DNA from: a virus
Taxonomy: Duplodnaviria > Caudoviricetes
Length of the DNA: 39,626 nucleotides
Virus record (IMG/VR): IMGVR_UViG_3300011420_000020
Coordinates: 1 to 39,626 of that record
Reading direction: 5' to 3' (one strand)
The translations under genes and the position numbers were made by a program. Below, piece by piece: positions 1 to 9,203 of this stretch; within the stretch, counting starts at the first letter, position 1; every line of letters begins with the position of its first letter. The notes under the pieces were generated by a model. The model worked only from the letters and a program-made list of their open reading frames with translations. It ran no database searches and was not told where the DNA came from.

Positions 1-1
1 C

Positions 2-466
2 TTCATCTTCCCCATCGACACCAACCCGGCGGTCAACGGTCGGCTGGAGGTGCGGCCGGACGGAGGCATTCGGATCCACGACGGCAGCAACGTCTACGCC
101 GGCCTGTTCACGATCCGGTTCTCCGTGTCGCCCCCAGGTACCAACGGCTGGACGAAGATGGTCTTCGAGAACGGCTGGGAGAATCTGGACGTTGCCGTTT
201 ACACGCCAGGAGAGTGGCGGCTCATCGGCGACGAACTCCAGACCCGAGGTGTGATAGCCAACGGCTCCACCCTGGCCGCCATATTCACGCTGCCCGACGA
301 ACTGATCGGCCGGCTCACCCGCAACCAATCCTGGACCCAGTCGTCGGGCTCAGGCAGCACCGAAACCCACGGCCTCTCGGCCGCCTTCGCTGACGGCAGC
401 TTCTACCAGCTAGGGGGGGGAGTCGATTACTTCTCGATGAACGCTTCCTACACTGTGCGCCTATGA
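2..466 (+). CDS. 5'-truncated virion protein, probable tail fibre/minor tail protein C-terminal region
   Basis: Frame is open from base 2 (FIFPIDTNPAVNGRLEVRPDG...), so the gene starts before the window. NGWEN...WRLIGDELQTRGVIANG...AIFTLP resembles beta-rich tail-fibre tip repeats. Stop overlaps the terL ATG. Confidence 0.5.
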   Translation, partial: FIFPIDTNPAVNGRLEVRPDGGIRIHDGSNVYAGLFTIRFSVSPPGTNGWTKMVFENGWENLDVAVYTPGEWRLIGDELQTRGVIANGSTLAAIFTLPDELIGRLTRNQSWTQSSGSGSTETHGLSAAFADGSFYQLGGGVDYFSMNASYTVRL

Positions 467-2106
467 CCGCCGTTGAAACGGTTTCCACCCGAGACCGCCT
501 CCGTCAACTCGGCATGCTCGACCTGGGATCCTGGGTTGAGGCCGCCACTGGCCGGGAACTGTGGTCGATTCAGCAGCAGATTGCTACCGCTATGTCCACT
601 CGTCGAGCCCGGGTGGCCGTGCCGTCGTGCAACGCCTCGGGTAAGACCCACCTGGCAGCCCGCCTCGCCCTGGCCTTCTACGACGCCTACACCCCCGGCA
701 CGCCGTGCGTGTCCTGCGACCCCACCGGCACCAAGGGCGGTTGTCGTGGGTCCAAGGTGCTGACCACCTCCTCGAAAGAAACCCACCTTCGGGACAACTT
801 GTGGGGCGAAATAAGGCTCGCAATCGGTGAAGCCGCAGAGAGAGGGGTAGAAATTCCGGGACGTCTTGCGCCCGTCGAGACCTTTCTGGAGGACTCCGCC
901 GGCAACCACTTCCTTCGTGGCCAGGTCGCCACGAAGGAGGAGGGGATGCAGGGCTACCACGCCGCCCACAAGCTGATCATCGGCGACGAAGCCACCTCCG
1001 TCTCCGAGGACGTGGCGAGAGGTATCACCAGCCTCATGGCAACTGGCGACACTCGACTACTGCTCGTGTTCAACCCGACCACGCCCGAGACCTACGCCGC
1101 CCAAATGACTAGGTCGCCCCGTGTAAACGTCATCCGCATCACGGCCTTCGACACGCCGCACTTCACCGGCGAGCACGTCCCCGAGGGCTCTAACCTCACC
1201 ACGCCCGAGTTCCTCATGGACCTGGAGGCGCAAGGCATGGGGCCGGGTTCGTACGAGTGGACCACCCGTGTGCTGGCCCAGTTCTGGGACATGGGCGAGG
1301 ACAACCTGATCGCCCCTGCCTGGGTTGACGCCGCCAAGGAGCGGGACTCTGACGTTTCCTCGATCTTCGCCCTGGGCGTGGACCTTGCTCCGTACGGTAC
1401 GTCTGAGTCGGTCGTGGCCGTACGACAAGGCGACACGCTGCTCGCCTTGAAGGCGTTTCCCGCCGGCCGGACCGACCACCTGATCTTGGGCGATCCGGCG
1501 TCGTTCGTCCACGAGAACCAACAGGTCGACCCCAATGCCTCGCTACCTTCGCTCGTCGTCCGCTATCGGCCGACCTACATCATCTACGACGCTGACGGCG
1601 TCGGTTCGGGCGCCATCGGTGATTTCGAGCGCCTGCACGGTTGGGCTGTCAAGCAAGGACACATGCTCTCCACCTCGCAGGTCATCGGCTTTCGGGGAGG
1701 TAAGAAGGTCGTAGACCATTATCTCAACCAGCGTTCCGGTTGGTGGTGGGCGCTACGTCGGCGTTTCGAGCGGGGCAAGATTTCGATGATGGTGCGGGAC
1801 CCGAAGTTGGATGCCCAGTTGACCCAGATGACCTATTCGATCACGCCGCAGGGCGCCATCCGTATCGAGACCAAGACGGAGATGCGCAAGCGGGGCCTCG
1901 ACAGCCCTGACCGAGCCGACGCCGTGATGTACGCCTACGCCTACTCCGAGGACCTCCCGGACCCCAACGCTCAGCCTGAAGGCTCTTGGGTCGTCGAACA
2001 GGGATACGCTGTCGATCACAGCCCCGACGCCATGTGGGAGAGACTTCACCGGCAGAGGAACGCAGAGCCCGTCGACGCCGTCACAGGCGTCCCCGATCAA
2101 CTCTAA
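463..2106 (+). CDS. terL: Terminase large subunit
   Basis: Walker A SCNASGKT, Walker B LIIGDEA, motif III-like VFNPT, RNase H-like nuclease motifs GVDLA and SPDRADA; position upstream of the portal. Confidence 0.93.
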   Translation: MTAVETVSTRDRLRQLGMLDLGSWVEAATGRELWSIQQQIATAMSTRRARVAVPSCNASGKTHLAARLALAFYDAYTPGTPCVSCDPTGTKGGCRGSKVLTTSSKETHLRDNLWGEIRLAIGEAAERGVEIPGRLAPVETFLEDSAGNHFLRGQVATKEEGMQGYHAAHKLIIGDEATSVSEDVARGITSLMATGDTRLLLVFNPTTPETYAAQMTRSPRVNVIRITAFDTPHFTGEHVPEGSNLTTPEFLMDLEAQGMGPGSYEWTTRVLAQFWDMGEDNLIAPAWVDAAKERDSDVSSIFALGVDLAPYGTSESVVAVRQGDTLLALKAFPAGRTDHLILGDPASFVHENQQVDPNASLPSLVVRYRPTYIIYDADGVGSGAIGDFERLHGWAVKQGHMLSTSQVIGFRGGKKVVDHYLNQRSGWWWALRRRFERGKISMMVRDPKLDAQLTQMTYSITPQGAIRIETKTEMRKRGLDSPDRADAVMYAYAYSEDLPDPNAQPEGSWVVEQGYAVDHSPDAMWERLHRQRNAEPVDAVTGVPDQL

Positions 2107-2116
2107 GGAGTCCGAA

Positions 2117-2479
2117 ATGGCCGACCTCCCCCTGATTCGGTCCAATGGCATGTTCACCAAGATGGACCAGCCCAACTGGCGCCACGCCCGCAACGGCGAC
2201 TACATCTCCGGCATGGCGACTGCCGGCATCGACACCGGCGTCATCATCGAGGGCGAGGGCATCCTGTTCATCGGACGGGCCTCGCTCCTGGAGATGGCCG
2301 GCGTCATGGGCTGGCACTTCATCGAGGACTGGGCCGCCGACGAGCGCCAGTACCAGGAAGACCTGGCCTGGGAGCGGCGAGAGAACGAGCGGCTCCAAGC
2401 CGAGAACGCTGCGTTGAAGGCCGACCTGGAGACGTTCGGCCGAGCGATGGCTTCCTGGCAGAGCACGGCGGAAGTGTGA
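2117..2479 (+). CDS. Hypothetical protein with C-terminal coiled coil
   Basis: SD TAAGGAG upstream; ENERLQAENAALKADLE heptads; overlaps the next start. Confidence 0.7.
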   Translation: MADLPLIRSNGMFTKMDQPNWRHARNGDYISGMATAGIDTGVIIEGEGILFIGRASLLEMAGVMGWHFIEDWAADERQYQEDLAWERRENERLQAENAALKADLETFGRAMASWQSTAEV

Positions 2480-2736
2480 TGGAAACGCTCGTCCCCTCCC
2501 TAGCTGGGTTGCTAGCTGGCTTCTTCACGATGTTGTCTGCCTACCTCACTGAGCGGTCTCGGCGCATTGCGGCCGAGGAGCGCATCGACGCCCTCGAAGA
2601 CCGACTTCAGTCATCCTCGCTCAGCGAGTACAGGACTGTTCGCCCCGTCGCCATGCCGGCTCACTTGCCAGAGCCCGAGGACGACTGGCTTCCAGACGCC
2701 ACGGGCACGGGGCTATACAACGAGCAGGACGAGTAG
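2476..2736 (+). CDS. Small protein with N-terminal hydrophobic helix
   Basis: GTGA overlap with the previous stop; hydrophobic LAGLLAGFFTMLSAYL; acidic tail. Confidence 0.65.
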   Translation: MMETLVPSLAGLLAGFFTMLSAYLTERSRRIAAEERIDALEDRLQSSSLSEYRTVRPVAMPAHLPEPEDDWLPDATGTGLYNEQDE

Positions 2737-2745
2737 TCTCCGGGC

Positions 2746-4869
2746 ATGGCCCTGTTTGACCTCCTGCGTTCCACGACGGGCAAGAACGAGTTCGTCGTCC
2801 CGAGCGATGAGAAGGCGCTGATTACCTGGCTGGAGGAGAAGCGCAAGGCCGGGCGTGCGCCCATGCCCGAGTACGCCATGAAGTTGAACCTGGCGTTCGT
2901 GCTCGGTCACCAGTGGCTCACCTGGGACAACAAGGCCAACCGCTTCCGTAAGCCGGCAGTCAAGGCCGGCAACCCCAACGCCCCCATCCGCATCACTGCC
3001 AACAAGATCGGCGGTCTGGTGGAGCGCATCGTCGCCAAGCTGACCAAGAGCGCCCCCGTGCCTGAGGCCCGGCCGGTGTCCGATGACGACAGCGATATCT
3101 CGGCGGCCAGGGTCGCCACCCGCATCTTGGCGCACGAGACGGCCCGCCTTCGTTGGCGGCCGTGGCTCACCGAGTTCCTGTTCTGGCCTGCCGCCATCGG
3201 TTGGTCCTACGCTCACATCTTCTGGGATCCCGATGCCGGCGACCTCCTGGCCGAGGCCGACGAGGAGGACGAGCGTGCTCTGCATATGGGCGAGGTCGAT
3301 TTGGAGATCGTGCCGGCCAACGAATTGGCTGTCGACCCTGGAGGGCGGAAGCACAGCAAGGCTCGTTGGGCCGTGCGCACCGTCGTCATGTCCCGAGAAG
3401 CCGTTTGGGAGGAATGGGGTGTTCTCCTGGAGGGTGACTCCACTAGCCGCTCCCTCGTGGACGACGTCCTTCAGATGGCCGACCGCCAGGACCATTCCGA
3501 TTCAGAGCAGTTGGTCTCCGTCCACCAGATTTGGATGCTCCCCGGCCGTGCGGCCAAGAAGGGGCTTGTTTGTACCTGGGCCGGCGAGACCATCCTGGAG
3601 TCTCGCAAGAACTTCCCGTACGACCACAAGCGGCTGCCCTTCGTGCCCATGCACTGGCTGCCGCCGCTCGGCACCCCCCACGGGCGCACCTGGGTCGATG
3701 ACCTGATCCCAATGCAGGCGGACTACAACGACGCCCGCTCCCGAGAATCCACGATGCGACGCACGCTTATCCCGAAGCTGGTCTACTCGACCGGCTCCAT
3801 AGACCCCCAGCGGGTCAACTCCCGGATCGAGATGATTCCCGTCGCCCCCTCCGGCTTCGAGCCTAAGTGGCTCATCCCGGACGGCGGCTGGATGCAGCAG
3901 CAGGAAGCAGTCATGGCTCGGGCCGATTCCGAGATGGGTCAGCGGGCTGGTGTAAACGAGGCCAGCGCCGGCCAGGCGGGAGCCTCGACGCCGGCCGCTG
4001 CCATCCTCGCTCTGCAAGAGGCCGACGATACGAAGCTAGCGGTCACGGCCACCATGCTCGCCGCCTTCACCGCCGAGGTGGGCGAGCACGTCCTGTTCCT
4101 CACCCGCCAGTTCTGGACCGAGGAGCGCACCGTCCGGGTATTCTCCGAGGATGCCGGAGCGCTTGACGTCTTCCGTTATCGGGGTTCTGACGTCGGTAAC
4201 AAGTTCGACGTCCACGTTTCCAGCGAGTCGGCCCTGCCCCGCTCGAAGGCTGCTCGGGCTCAGTTGGGCCTGGAGTTGCACGCCCGGGGCGTCATTCCCT
4301 CGAATCAGGATCTCTTGAAGATCCTCGATCTGCCCGGCACCGACTTCATCACTCGGGACGCCGACCTGGACGTGCGCAAGCAGAAGCGGGAACTGGGGAT
4401 GCTCCTTCAGGGCATCGACTGTGAGATCTCGGCGTTCGACGACCATGCCATCCACCTGGCCCAGATCAACCGGTTCCGCAAGACAAAGGAATACGAGGAA
4501 CTGCCCGAGACTGTGCGGGCTCGCATTGACGCACACGCAGGCGCACACGAGGAACTGGTCATGGCGCAGGCCGGCATTCCGATGCCGCAGTCGTCGATGC
4601 CGTACGGCGAGACGGCCGGCGCTGCGGCCGGCGCCGTTCGTCAGCGATCGGCTCGGGGTTCGGTCGCTCCGAGTCAGAACAGCGGTGCTTACATGACCGA
4701 TCCGATGACCGGCACCACGCCAGATCCTCTGATGTCTGCTAGCGGCCAGGGTCCATCCCCGGTCACGTCGGAAGGCATCTATAATCAGGCTGGCATTGGG
4801 GGCACCGGGCAGCCGGGTAGGGTTCCTGGTGTTCCTGCCGATAACCAGGCCGCCTCAATGGGCGGCTGA
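2746..4869 (+). CDS. Portal protein (P22/podovirus-like)
   Basis: 707 aa between TerL and scaffold/capsid; LPFVPM...PLGTPHGRTWVDDLIPMQADYN pattern typical of this portal class; low-complexity Gly/Pro C-terminal tail. Confidence 0.85.
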   Translation: MALFDLLRSTTGKNEFVVPSDEKALITWLEEKRKAGRAPMPEYAMKLNLAFVLGHQWLTWDNKANRFRKPAVKAGNPNAPIRITANKIGGLVERIVAKLTKSAPVPEARPVSDDDSDISAARVATRILAHETARLRWRPWLTEFLFWPAAIGWSYAHIFWDPDAGDLLAEADEEDERALHMGEVDLEIVPANELAVDPGGRKHSKARWAVRTVVMSREAVWEEWGVLLEGDSTSRSLVDDVLQMADRQDHSDSEQLVSVHQIWMLPGRAAKKGLVCTWAGETILESRKNFPYDHKRLPFVPMHWLPPLGTPHGRTWVDDLIPMQADYNDARSRESTMRRTLIPKLVYSTGSIDPQRVNSRIEMIPVAPSGFEPKWLIPDGGWMQQQEAVMARADSEMGQRAGVNEASAGQAGASTPAAAILALQEADDTKLAVTATMLAAFTAEVGEHVLFLTRQFWTEERTVRVFSEDAGALDVFRYRGSDVGNKFDVHVSSESALPRSKAARAQLGLELHARGVIPSNQDLLKILDLPGTDFITRDADLDVRKQKRELGMLLQGIDCEISAFDDHAIHLAQINRFRKTKEYEELPETVRARIDAHAGAHEELVMAQAGIPMPQSSMPYGETAGAAAGAVRQRSARGSVAPSQNSGAYMTDPMTGTTPDPLMSASGQGPSPVTSEGIYNQAGIGGTGQPGRVPGVPADNQAASMGG

Positions 4870-4884
4870 TCTAAGGAGATTCCG

Positions 4885-5100
4885 ATGGCTTACGACGTTG
4901 AGAAGAACCTGACCAACCATCCGCCCTCGGGTCACGAGGTGATCGCTCGCTTCGAGGCGATTCGGAGGGTCGCCAAGGAAGTGGCGAGGACGATTGACGA
5001 GTTCTGCCCGGATTCCCGAGAGAAGTCGTTGGCGTTCACCAATCTCGAACAGGCCGTGATGTGGGCAATCGCCTCCATCGCCCGTAACCAGGAAGGCTGA
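4885..5100 (+). CDS. Acb2/Tad1-hairpin-like small protein (candidate immune-signal sponge)
   Basis: CPDSREKSLAFTNLEQAVMWAIASIAR resembles the SRE..ALT..EEA.MW helix of Tad1-type proteins; SD TAAGGAG. Confidence 0.65.
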   Translation: MAYDVEKNLTNHPPSGHEVIARFEAIRRVAKEVARTIDEFCPDSREKSLAFTNLEQAVMWAIASIARNQEG

Positions 5101-5102
5101 TC

Positions 5103-5945
5103 ATGAGCATGTACGATACCCCCCAGTCGGTCACCGACTCCCACACGCCCCCGCCCGAGACCGAGGCGCAAGAGTTCCCTCGGGTCGAGTCCGAGGGCAC
5201 CGAGGGCACTGAAGTCCCCGCCGGGGAGGAAGCCCCGGCGGGGCAACCCCTCCCGGTGCCGTCCGCTGCGAGTGACGACATCTATGCTGAGTTCGGTGGG
5301 CGCCAGGCGGTTGCCGACGCCATGCTGGCGATGCAGGCGTTCGAGACCGAGCAGGGCATCACGGCCGTCGCCGTCGAGTCGCTCGCTGCTCTCGGTTTCG
5401 ATCGTGACTTCGTCAACAGCCTGTTCACCGAGGGCGGCGACGAGGAGGAGCAGGCTCCGCCCGATCCCTACGCCGACCTGGAAGACGGTGAGGTTCTCAC
5501 GGTCGCTCAGGCCAAGGAGATGGCGCAGTATTACGCCCAGCAGGAGATCGCTCGCAGTATGGGGCCGGTCGAGAATGCCATCGAGGAACAGCGCCAGACA
5601 GCGGCCACCGCTTCGGTGCAGTCCACGCTGGAATACCTCGGTGTCAAGGATGAGTCGATGCGTCACCTGGTCATCCAGAACGCCCAGCAGTACCTCCACC
5701 CTGACGACTGGGATCCGCAGAACATCTCCCGGGCCGTCATGCGGGGACACGCTGACACGGTGGCTCTCGTGCAGAAAGGCAGCGAGGCGTACCTGGCCGG
5801 CAAGCGCCAAACCCGAGACTCGTTGCCCACCAATGTGGGCGGACGGTCGAGCACATCCTCGTCCGGCCAGGAGCAGGAGGGCGAGGCGCAAAGCATCGCC
5901 GAGGCGATTGCCAGAGTGCGAAAGATGGCCCGAACGCAAGGTTGA
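5103..5945 (+). CDS. Capsid scaffolding protein
   Basis: Very acidic, helical, with a short basic C-terminus; immediately upstream of the capsid gene. Confidence 0.7.
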   Translation: MSMYDTPQSVTDSHTPPPETEAQEFPRVESEGTEGTEVPAGEEAPAGQPLPVPSAASDDIYAEFGGRQAVADAMLAMQAFETEQGITAVAVESLAALGFDRDFVNSLFTEGGDEEEQAPPDPYADLEDGEVLTVAQAKEMAQYYAQQEIARSMGPVENAIEEQRQTAATASVQSTLEYLGVKDESMRHLVIQNAQQYLHPDDWDPQNISRAVMRGHADTVALVQKGSEAYLAGKRQTRDSLPTNVGGRSSTSSSGQEQEGEAQSIAEAIARVRKMARTQG

Positions 5946-5982
5946 GCAGGGAGGCATGTAAACGTGGTCTACGATCACGGAC

Positions 5983-7215
5983 ATGCCCCAGTCCCTCGCA
6001 TTCTTCGACGCAGCGCTGAAGGACAACTACGGTCCTGGACTGCGGAACGCCCTGAACAACAGCCACCCGATTCTGACCGAGGTTCATTTCAACCGGGAGG
6101 ACATCGTCGGCCGCCAAGCGGTTTGGTCGGTGCACGCCGGGCGCTCGACCTCGACGGGTAACCGAGCCGAACTGGCCGCCCTGCCCACGGCGGACCGCCA
6201 GCGGTACATCGCTCCTCGTGACGATCTCGCCTACATGTACCACACCGTGAAGGTGTCGGGCCAGGCGAAGCACCTCACCCGTAACGACACCGGCGCCTTT
6301 CTTCGGGCTTTGGAGTCGGAACTGAAGGGGGCCGAGAAGGACGTCAAGAACGACCTCGCCCGCCAGATGTTCAACACCGCTCAGACGATCAACGCAGTGC
6401 TGGCGAACGGTCCGTTGGCTCAGGTCAACGGCGCCCCGGCGGCCAACGTCATCACGGTCGACTACTTCGGTTCGACGGCGCCTTCCAACATCACCAGGCC
6501 GTTCTTCGTCAACGAGATCATCGACGCCGTCACCCCAGGGACCGGTGCGATCTCCGAGGCGGCCATGGTGGTTACGGCGGTCGGCGCCAACGGCGTCCCG
6601 ACCATCACCGTGGACGACGACGGCGCCACGGCTGACGACGATTACCTGTTCCGCCAGGGTAACTACGCCTCGGGCTCGAACGAGATCAACGGCCTGCCCT
6701 TCCTGATCGGCACCCAGAACTACGCCGGCATCACGGCGGCCTCGAACCCGGTGTGGAACGGCCTGACCGCCGGCTCCTCGTCGGTCGGGGTCTCCGAGGT
6801 CCTGTTCGAGGAGGCCCAGGAGAAGGTCGAGACGGACGGCGACGGCTCCAGCCCGAACCTCTGGATCTCTGAGCAGGTTCAGCGGCGTAAGCTGGCGAGC
6901 CAGATGCAGACCCAGAAGCGGTACGAGGGTCGGGAGATGACCCTGAAGGCCGGCTGGAAGGGCCTGCAAGTCGCCCAGGGCGTGCTCCTGGTCGATCGAT
7001 TCTGCCCGGCCACTCGGATCTTCGGCCTCACCACGGCGGAGTTGGAGTGGTTCATCGGCTACGACTGGACCTGGGACGAGGATGACGGCAAGGTCCTGTA
7101 CAAGGCCCTGGACGGCTCCGATGCCATCGAGGCCAGGTACAAGAGCTACTTCAACCTGGAGGCGCTGGTCCGCAACGCCCACGTCACCGTAACGGTGGCC
7201 GAACCCACCTTCTGA
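5983..7215 (+). CDS. Major capsid protein (HK97 fold)
   Basis: 410 aa after the scaffold; LKDNYGPGLRNALN N-terminus and DVKNDLARQMF backbone helix; strongly biased codon usage. Confidence 0.85.
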   Translation: MPQSLAFFDAALKDNYGPGLRNALNNSHPILTEVHFNREDIVGRQAVWSVHAGRSTSTGNRAELAALPTADRQRYIAPRDDLAYMYHTVKVSGQAKHLTRNDTGAFLRALESELKGAEKDVKNDLARQMFNTAQTINAVLANGPLAQVNGAPAANVITVDYFGSTAPSNITRPFFVNEIIDAVTPGTGAISEAAMVVTAVGANGVPTITVDDDGATADDDYLFRQGNYASGSNEINGLPFLIGTQNYAGITAASNPVWNGLTAGSSSVGVSEVLFEEAQEKVETDGDGSSPNLWISEQVQRRKLASQMQTQKRYEGREMTLKAGWKGLQVAQGVLLVDRFCPATRIFGLTTAELEWFIGYDWTWDEDDGKVLYKALDGSDAIEARYKSYFNLEALVRNAHVTVTVAEPTF

Positions 7216-7218
7216 GCC

Positions 7219-7302
7219 ATGAACGGCTGGTGGATCTTCGTCATCGTTCTCGTCATTCTCATCGCTTGGAAGGTGGGCGTGTTCGGTGCGCTCGCTGGCT
7301 AG
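7219..7302 (+). CDS. 27-aa single-TM peptide (MNGWWIFVIVLVILIAWKVGVFGALAG)
   Basis: Translated by hand (below ORF-track cut-off); starts 3 nt after the capsid stop; one hydrophobic helix. Confidence 0.5.
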   Translation: MNGWWIFVIVLVILIAWKVGVFGALAG

Positions 7303-7350
7303 GCTGGGGGCGTCGAGATCCCTCGACCTAACCCGACCTTGGAGGTCCAA

Positions 7351-7731
7351 GTGAAGCGTCTCATCCTGGCAGCGGTTGCCGCCCTCACCCTGAGCGCCGG
7401 CACGGTCGCCGGCACAAGCGGCTCGGCAGCCGCACACAGCTTCGGGGCACAGGGTCCGCCCCACACTCACCTCACCAACCCCGGCTGTTCGAGTAGCAAC
7501 TGTTACCGGTGGATCCTTCAGAACGGGGCCATCATGCAGGGTCCCTGGCATCACTTCGCTGGGCAACTCGGGTACGTCTTGGTGATGTGCAGCCTGAAGG
7601 ACTGGAACGGCAGCGCCTACGTATGGACGTGGAATCCTGATCCATGGGGTTCGTCCGGCTCGCCGGGCAATCAGTACCCGTACTGCATTAGCCCGGTCTA
7701 CAACGGCACGGCCTGGCCTAAGCGTCCCTGA
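7351..7731 (+). CDS. Secreted His/Cys-containing protein, paralogue 1
   Basis: GTG start with GGAGG at 7341-7345; signal peptide ending AAA-H; similar to the next gene. Confidence 0.75.
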   Translation: MKRLILAAVAALTLSAGTVAGTSGSAAAHSFGAQGPPHTHLTNPGCSSSNCYRWILQNGAIMQGPWHHFAGQLGYVLVMCSLKDWNGSAYVWTWNPDPWGSSGSPGNQYPYCISPVYNGTAWPKRP

Positions 7732-8093
7732 TGCGAGCGGCCCTCTTGGCGCTCTTGGTCTCGGTGGGTTCCTTGGTCTGGGCAACCCCGGCCGAAGCCC
7801 ACAGCTTCGGCGCCAGCGGGCCGCTCCACAACCACTTGCCCTGCACGAGAAACGACTGCTATCGGTGGATCCTGGTGAACGGAGTCGTCTACCAAGGGCC
7901 GTCCATTCACCTCATCGGTCAGTGGCCGTACGTGCTCGTGCTGTGCTCCCTCAGGTACACCGTTGAAGGCGTCAACGCCTGGCGTTTGAACTACTCCCGG
8001 AGCGGGACATCCAATACCTCTGGGGTGAATCACTCGTACTGTCAGTATCCGAGGTACGGCAGCCCACCCAAGAGATGGTCCCTCCGACCCTGA
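7731..8093 (+). CDS. Secreted His/Cys-containing protein, paralogue 2
   Basis: TGATG coupling; signal peptide ending AEA-H; shares HSFGAxGPxHxHL, CYRWILxNG, QGP, YVLVxCSL and YC with paralogue 1. Confidence 0.75.
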   Translation: MRAALLALLVSVGSLVWATPAEAHSFGASGPLHNHLPCTRNDCYRWILVNGVVYQGPSIHLIGQWPYVLVLCSLRYTVEGVNAWRLNYSRSGTSNTSGVNHSYCQYPRYGSPPKRWSLRP

Positions 8094-8103
8094 ACGGGAC
8101 GGT

Positions 8104-8197
8104 GCCCCTGCCCGATCGAAGTTAGGCAGGGGCTAAGGCGAGCAGATCGTGCCAGCGCCGTCAGCGGCTAGGCCGGTCCCTTCGGGGGCCGGCCTTC
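8104..8197 (+). terminator. Two tandem GC-rich hairpins, probable terminator(s) after the capsid transcript
   Basis: GCCCCTGCC/GGCAGGGGC at 8104-8133, and AGGCCGGTCCC-TTCG-GGGGCCGGCCT at 8170-8195 with a C(UUCG)G tetraloop; U-tract is weak. Confidence 0.6.
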
Positions 8198-8213
8198 TCG
8201 CTACGATGGGGGG

Positions 8214-8705
8214 ATGTTCATGCCTGTCGAAGCCGAGTACCGTCAGTTGGACAAGGACGTGAGGGAAGGTGTACCTACCTCGGGCTGGCCTGGTGACCCT
8301 CGCCTGTCGGTCCAACTCGGTGTCGTCACCGCCGGCCGCTCGGGTTACTCCGAGCAGAAGAAGAAGTACGTGCGTAAGGGAGACGTCGTAGCCCGCCGGC
8401 TGGAAGTCTGGCGGCACAACGAGGATGGCACCGATGCCATCGTGGGCACCTGGTCGATGGACGAGGTCATGCAGGTCATTTCCGATCTGGTTGTCATGGA
8501 TCCCGGTCGCCCCCGCCATGTTGGCGTCGAGGATCGTATCGACACACACAACGCCGCCCTAGAGGCAGCAGCCGCCAAGGCGTATCAAGAGGTCAACTCC
8601 GAGATGATCGAGCATGCCCTCCGCCTCGACCACGACCGCAACAACCCAATTAACATCTTCCGTGGTATGCCCGGCACCAGAGACCGCACCGACCTGAAGC
8701 GCTAG
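8214..8705 (+). CDS. Hypothetical protein
   Basis: 163-aa ORF with phage-like codon usage in the structural block. Confidence 0.7.
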   Translation: MFMPVEAEYRQLDKDVREGVPTSGWPGDPRLSVQLGVVTAGRSGYSEQKKKYVRKGDVVARRLEVWRHNEDGTDAIVGTWSMDEVMQVISDLVVMDPGRPRHVGVEDRIDTHNAALEAAAAKAYQEVNSEMIEHALRLDHDRNNPINIFRGMPGTRDRTDLKR

Positions 8706-8714
8706 GCTCCGAGC

Positions 8715-9203
8715 ATGCGCCGACTGCTCGCTGTCCTGCTCGCCCTGTTGGCCTTCCTGGCTCTCGCCTGCGTTCCGCCTGTCCACGACGGCGGCCGGCC
8801 GCCGCACCCGGATCCCGACGTCACGAGGCACTCGATGTACGAATGGGCGTGGGTTCTTATTCGGGTCGGCTTCCGTGACCCGGTTACTGGCGTCGCTGTG
8901 ATTTGGGCGGAATCTCGTGGTGACGACAACGCCCGTAACCTCGTCTACAACCTCAACTCGCCCGCCCATATGTCGTACGACGAGGGCGGTTGGCAGATTA
9001 ACAACTGGTGGCACCGGGCCAGGATCACTACAGCTTGCGCCGACCAGATGCTCTGCTCCTCGGTCTACGCCAAGTCGATTTCGGCCGGCGGCTCGGACTA
9101 CCGGCTGTGGACGACCTTCTTCAACGGGTCCCATCGACAGTTCATGGACGCCGCTGCTCGGGCTGTCTGGGACGCCACTGTGGACTACCAGCGGGGACTC
9201 TAA
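8715..9203 (+). CDS. Lytic transglycosylase/lysozyme-like protein with signal or lipoprotein leader
   Basis: AVIWAESRG (catalytic Glu), GGWQIN and LWTT motifs of SLT-like domains; N-terminus MRRLLAVLLALLAFLALAC. Confidence 0.75.
   Translation: MRRLLAVLLALLAFLALACVPPVHDGGRPPHPDPDVTRHSMYEWAWVLIRVGFRDPVTGVAVIWAESRGDDNARNLVYNLNSPAHMSYDEGGWQINNWWHRARITTACADQMLCSSVYAKSISAGGSDYRLWTTFFNGSHRQFMDAAARAVWDATVDYQRGL

Noticed and set aside
5737-7785. Long antisense ORFs (e.g. 5737-7785, 15025-16722, 11330-12529, 4932-6026)
   Set aside because: Shadow frames of high-GC coding genes on the opposite strand, with no motifs or RBS.
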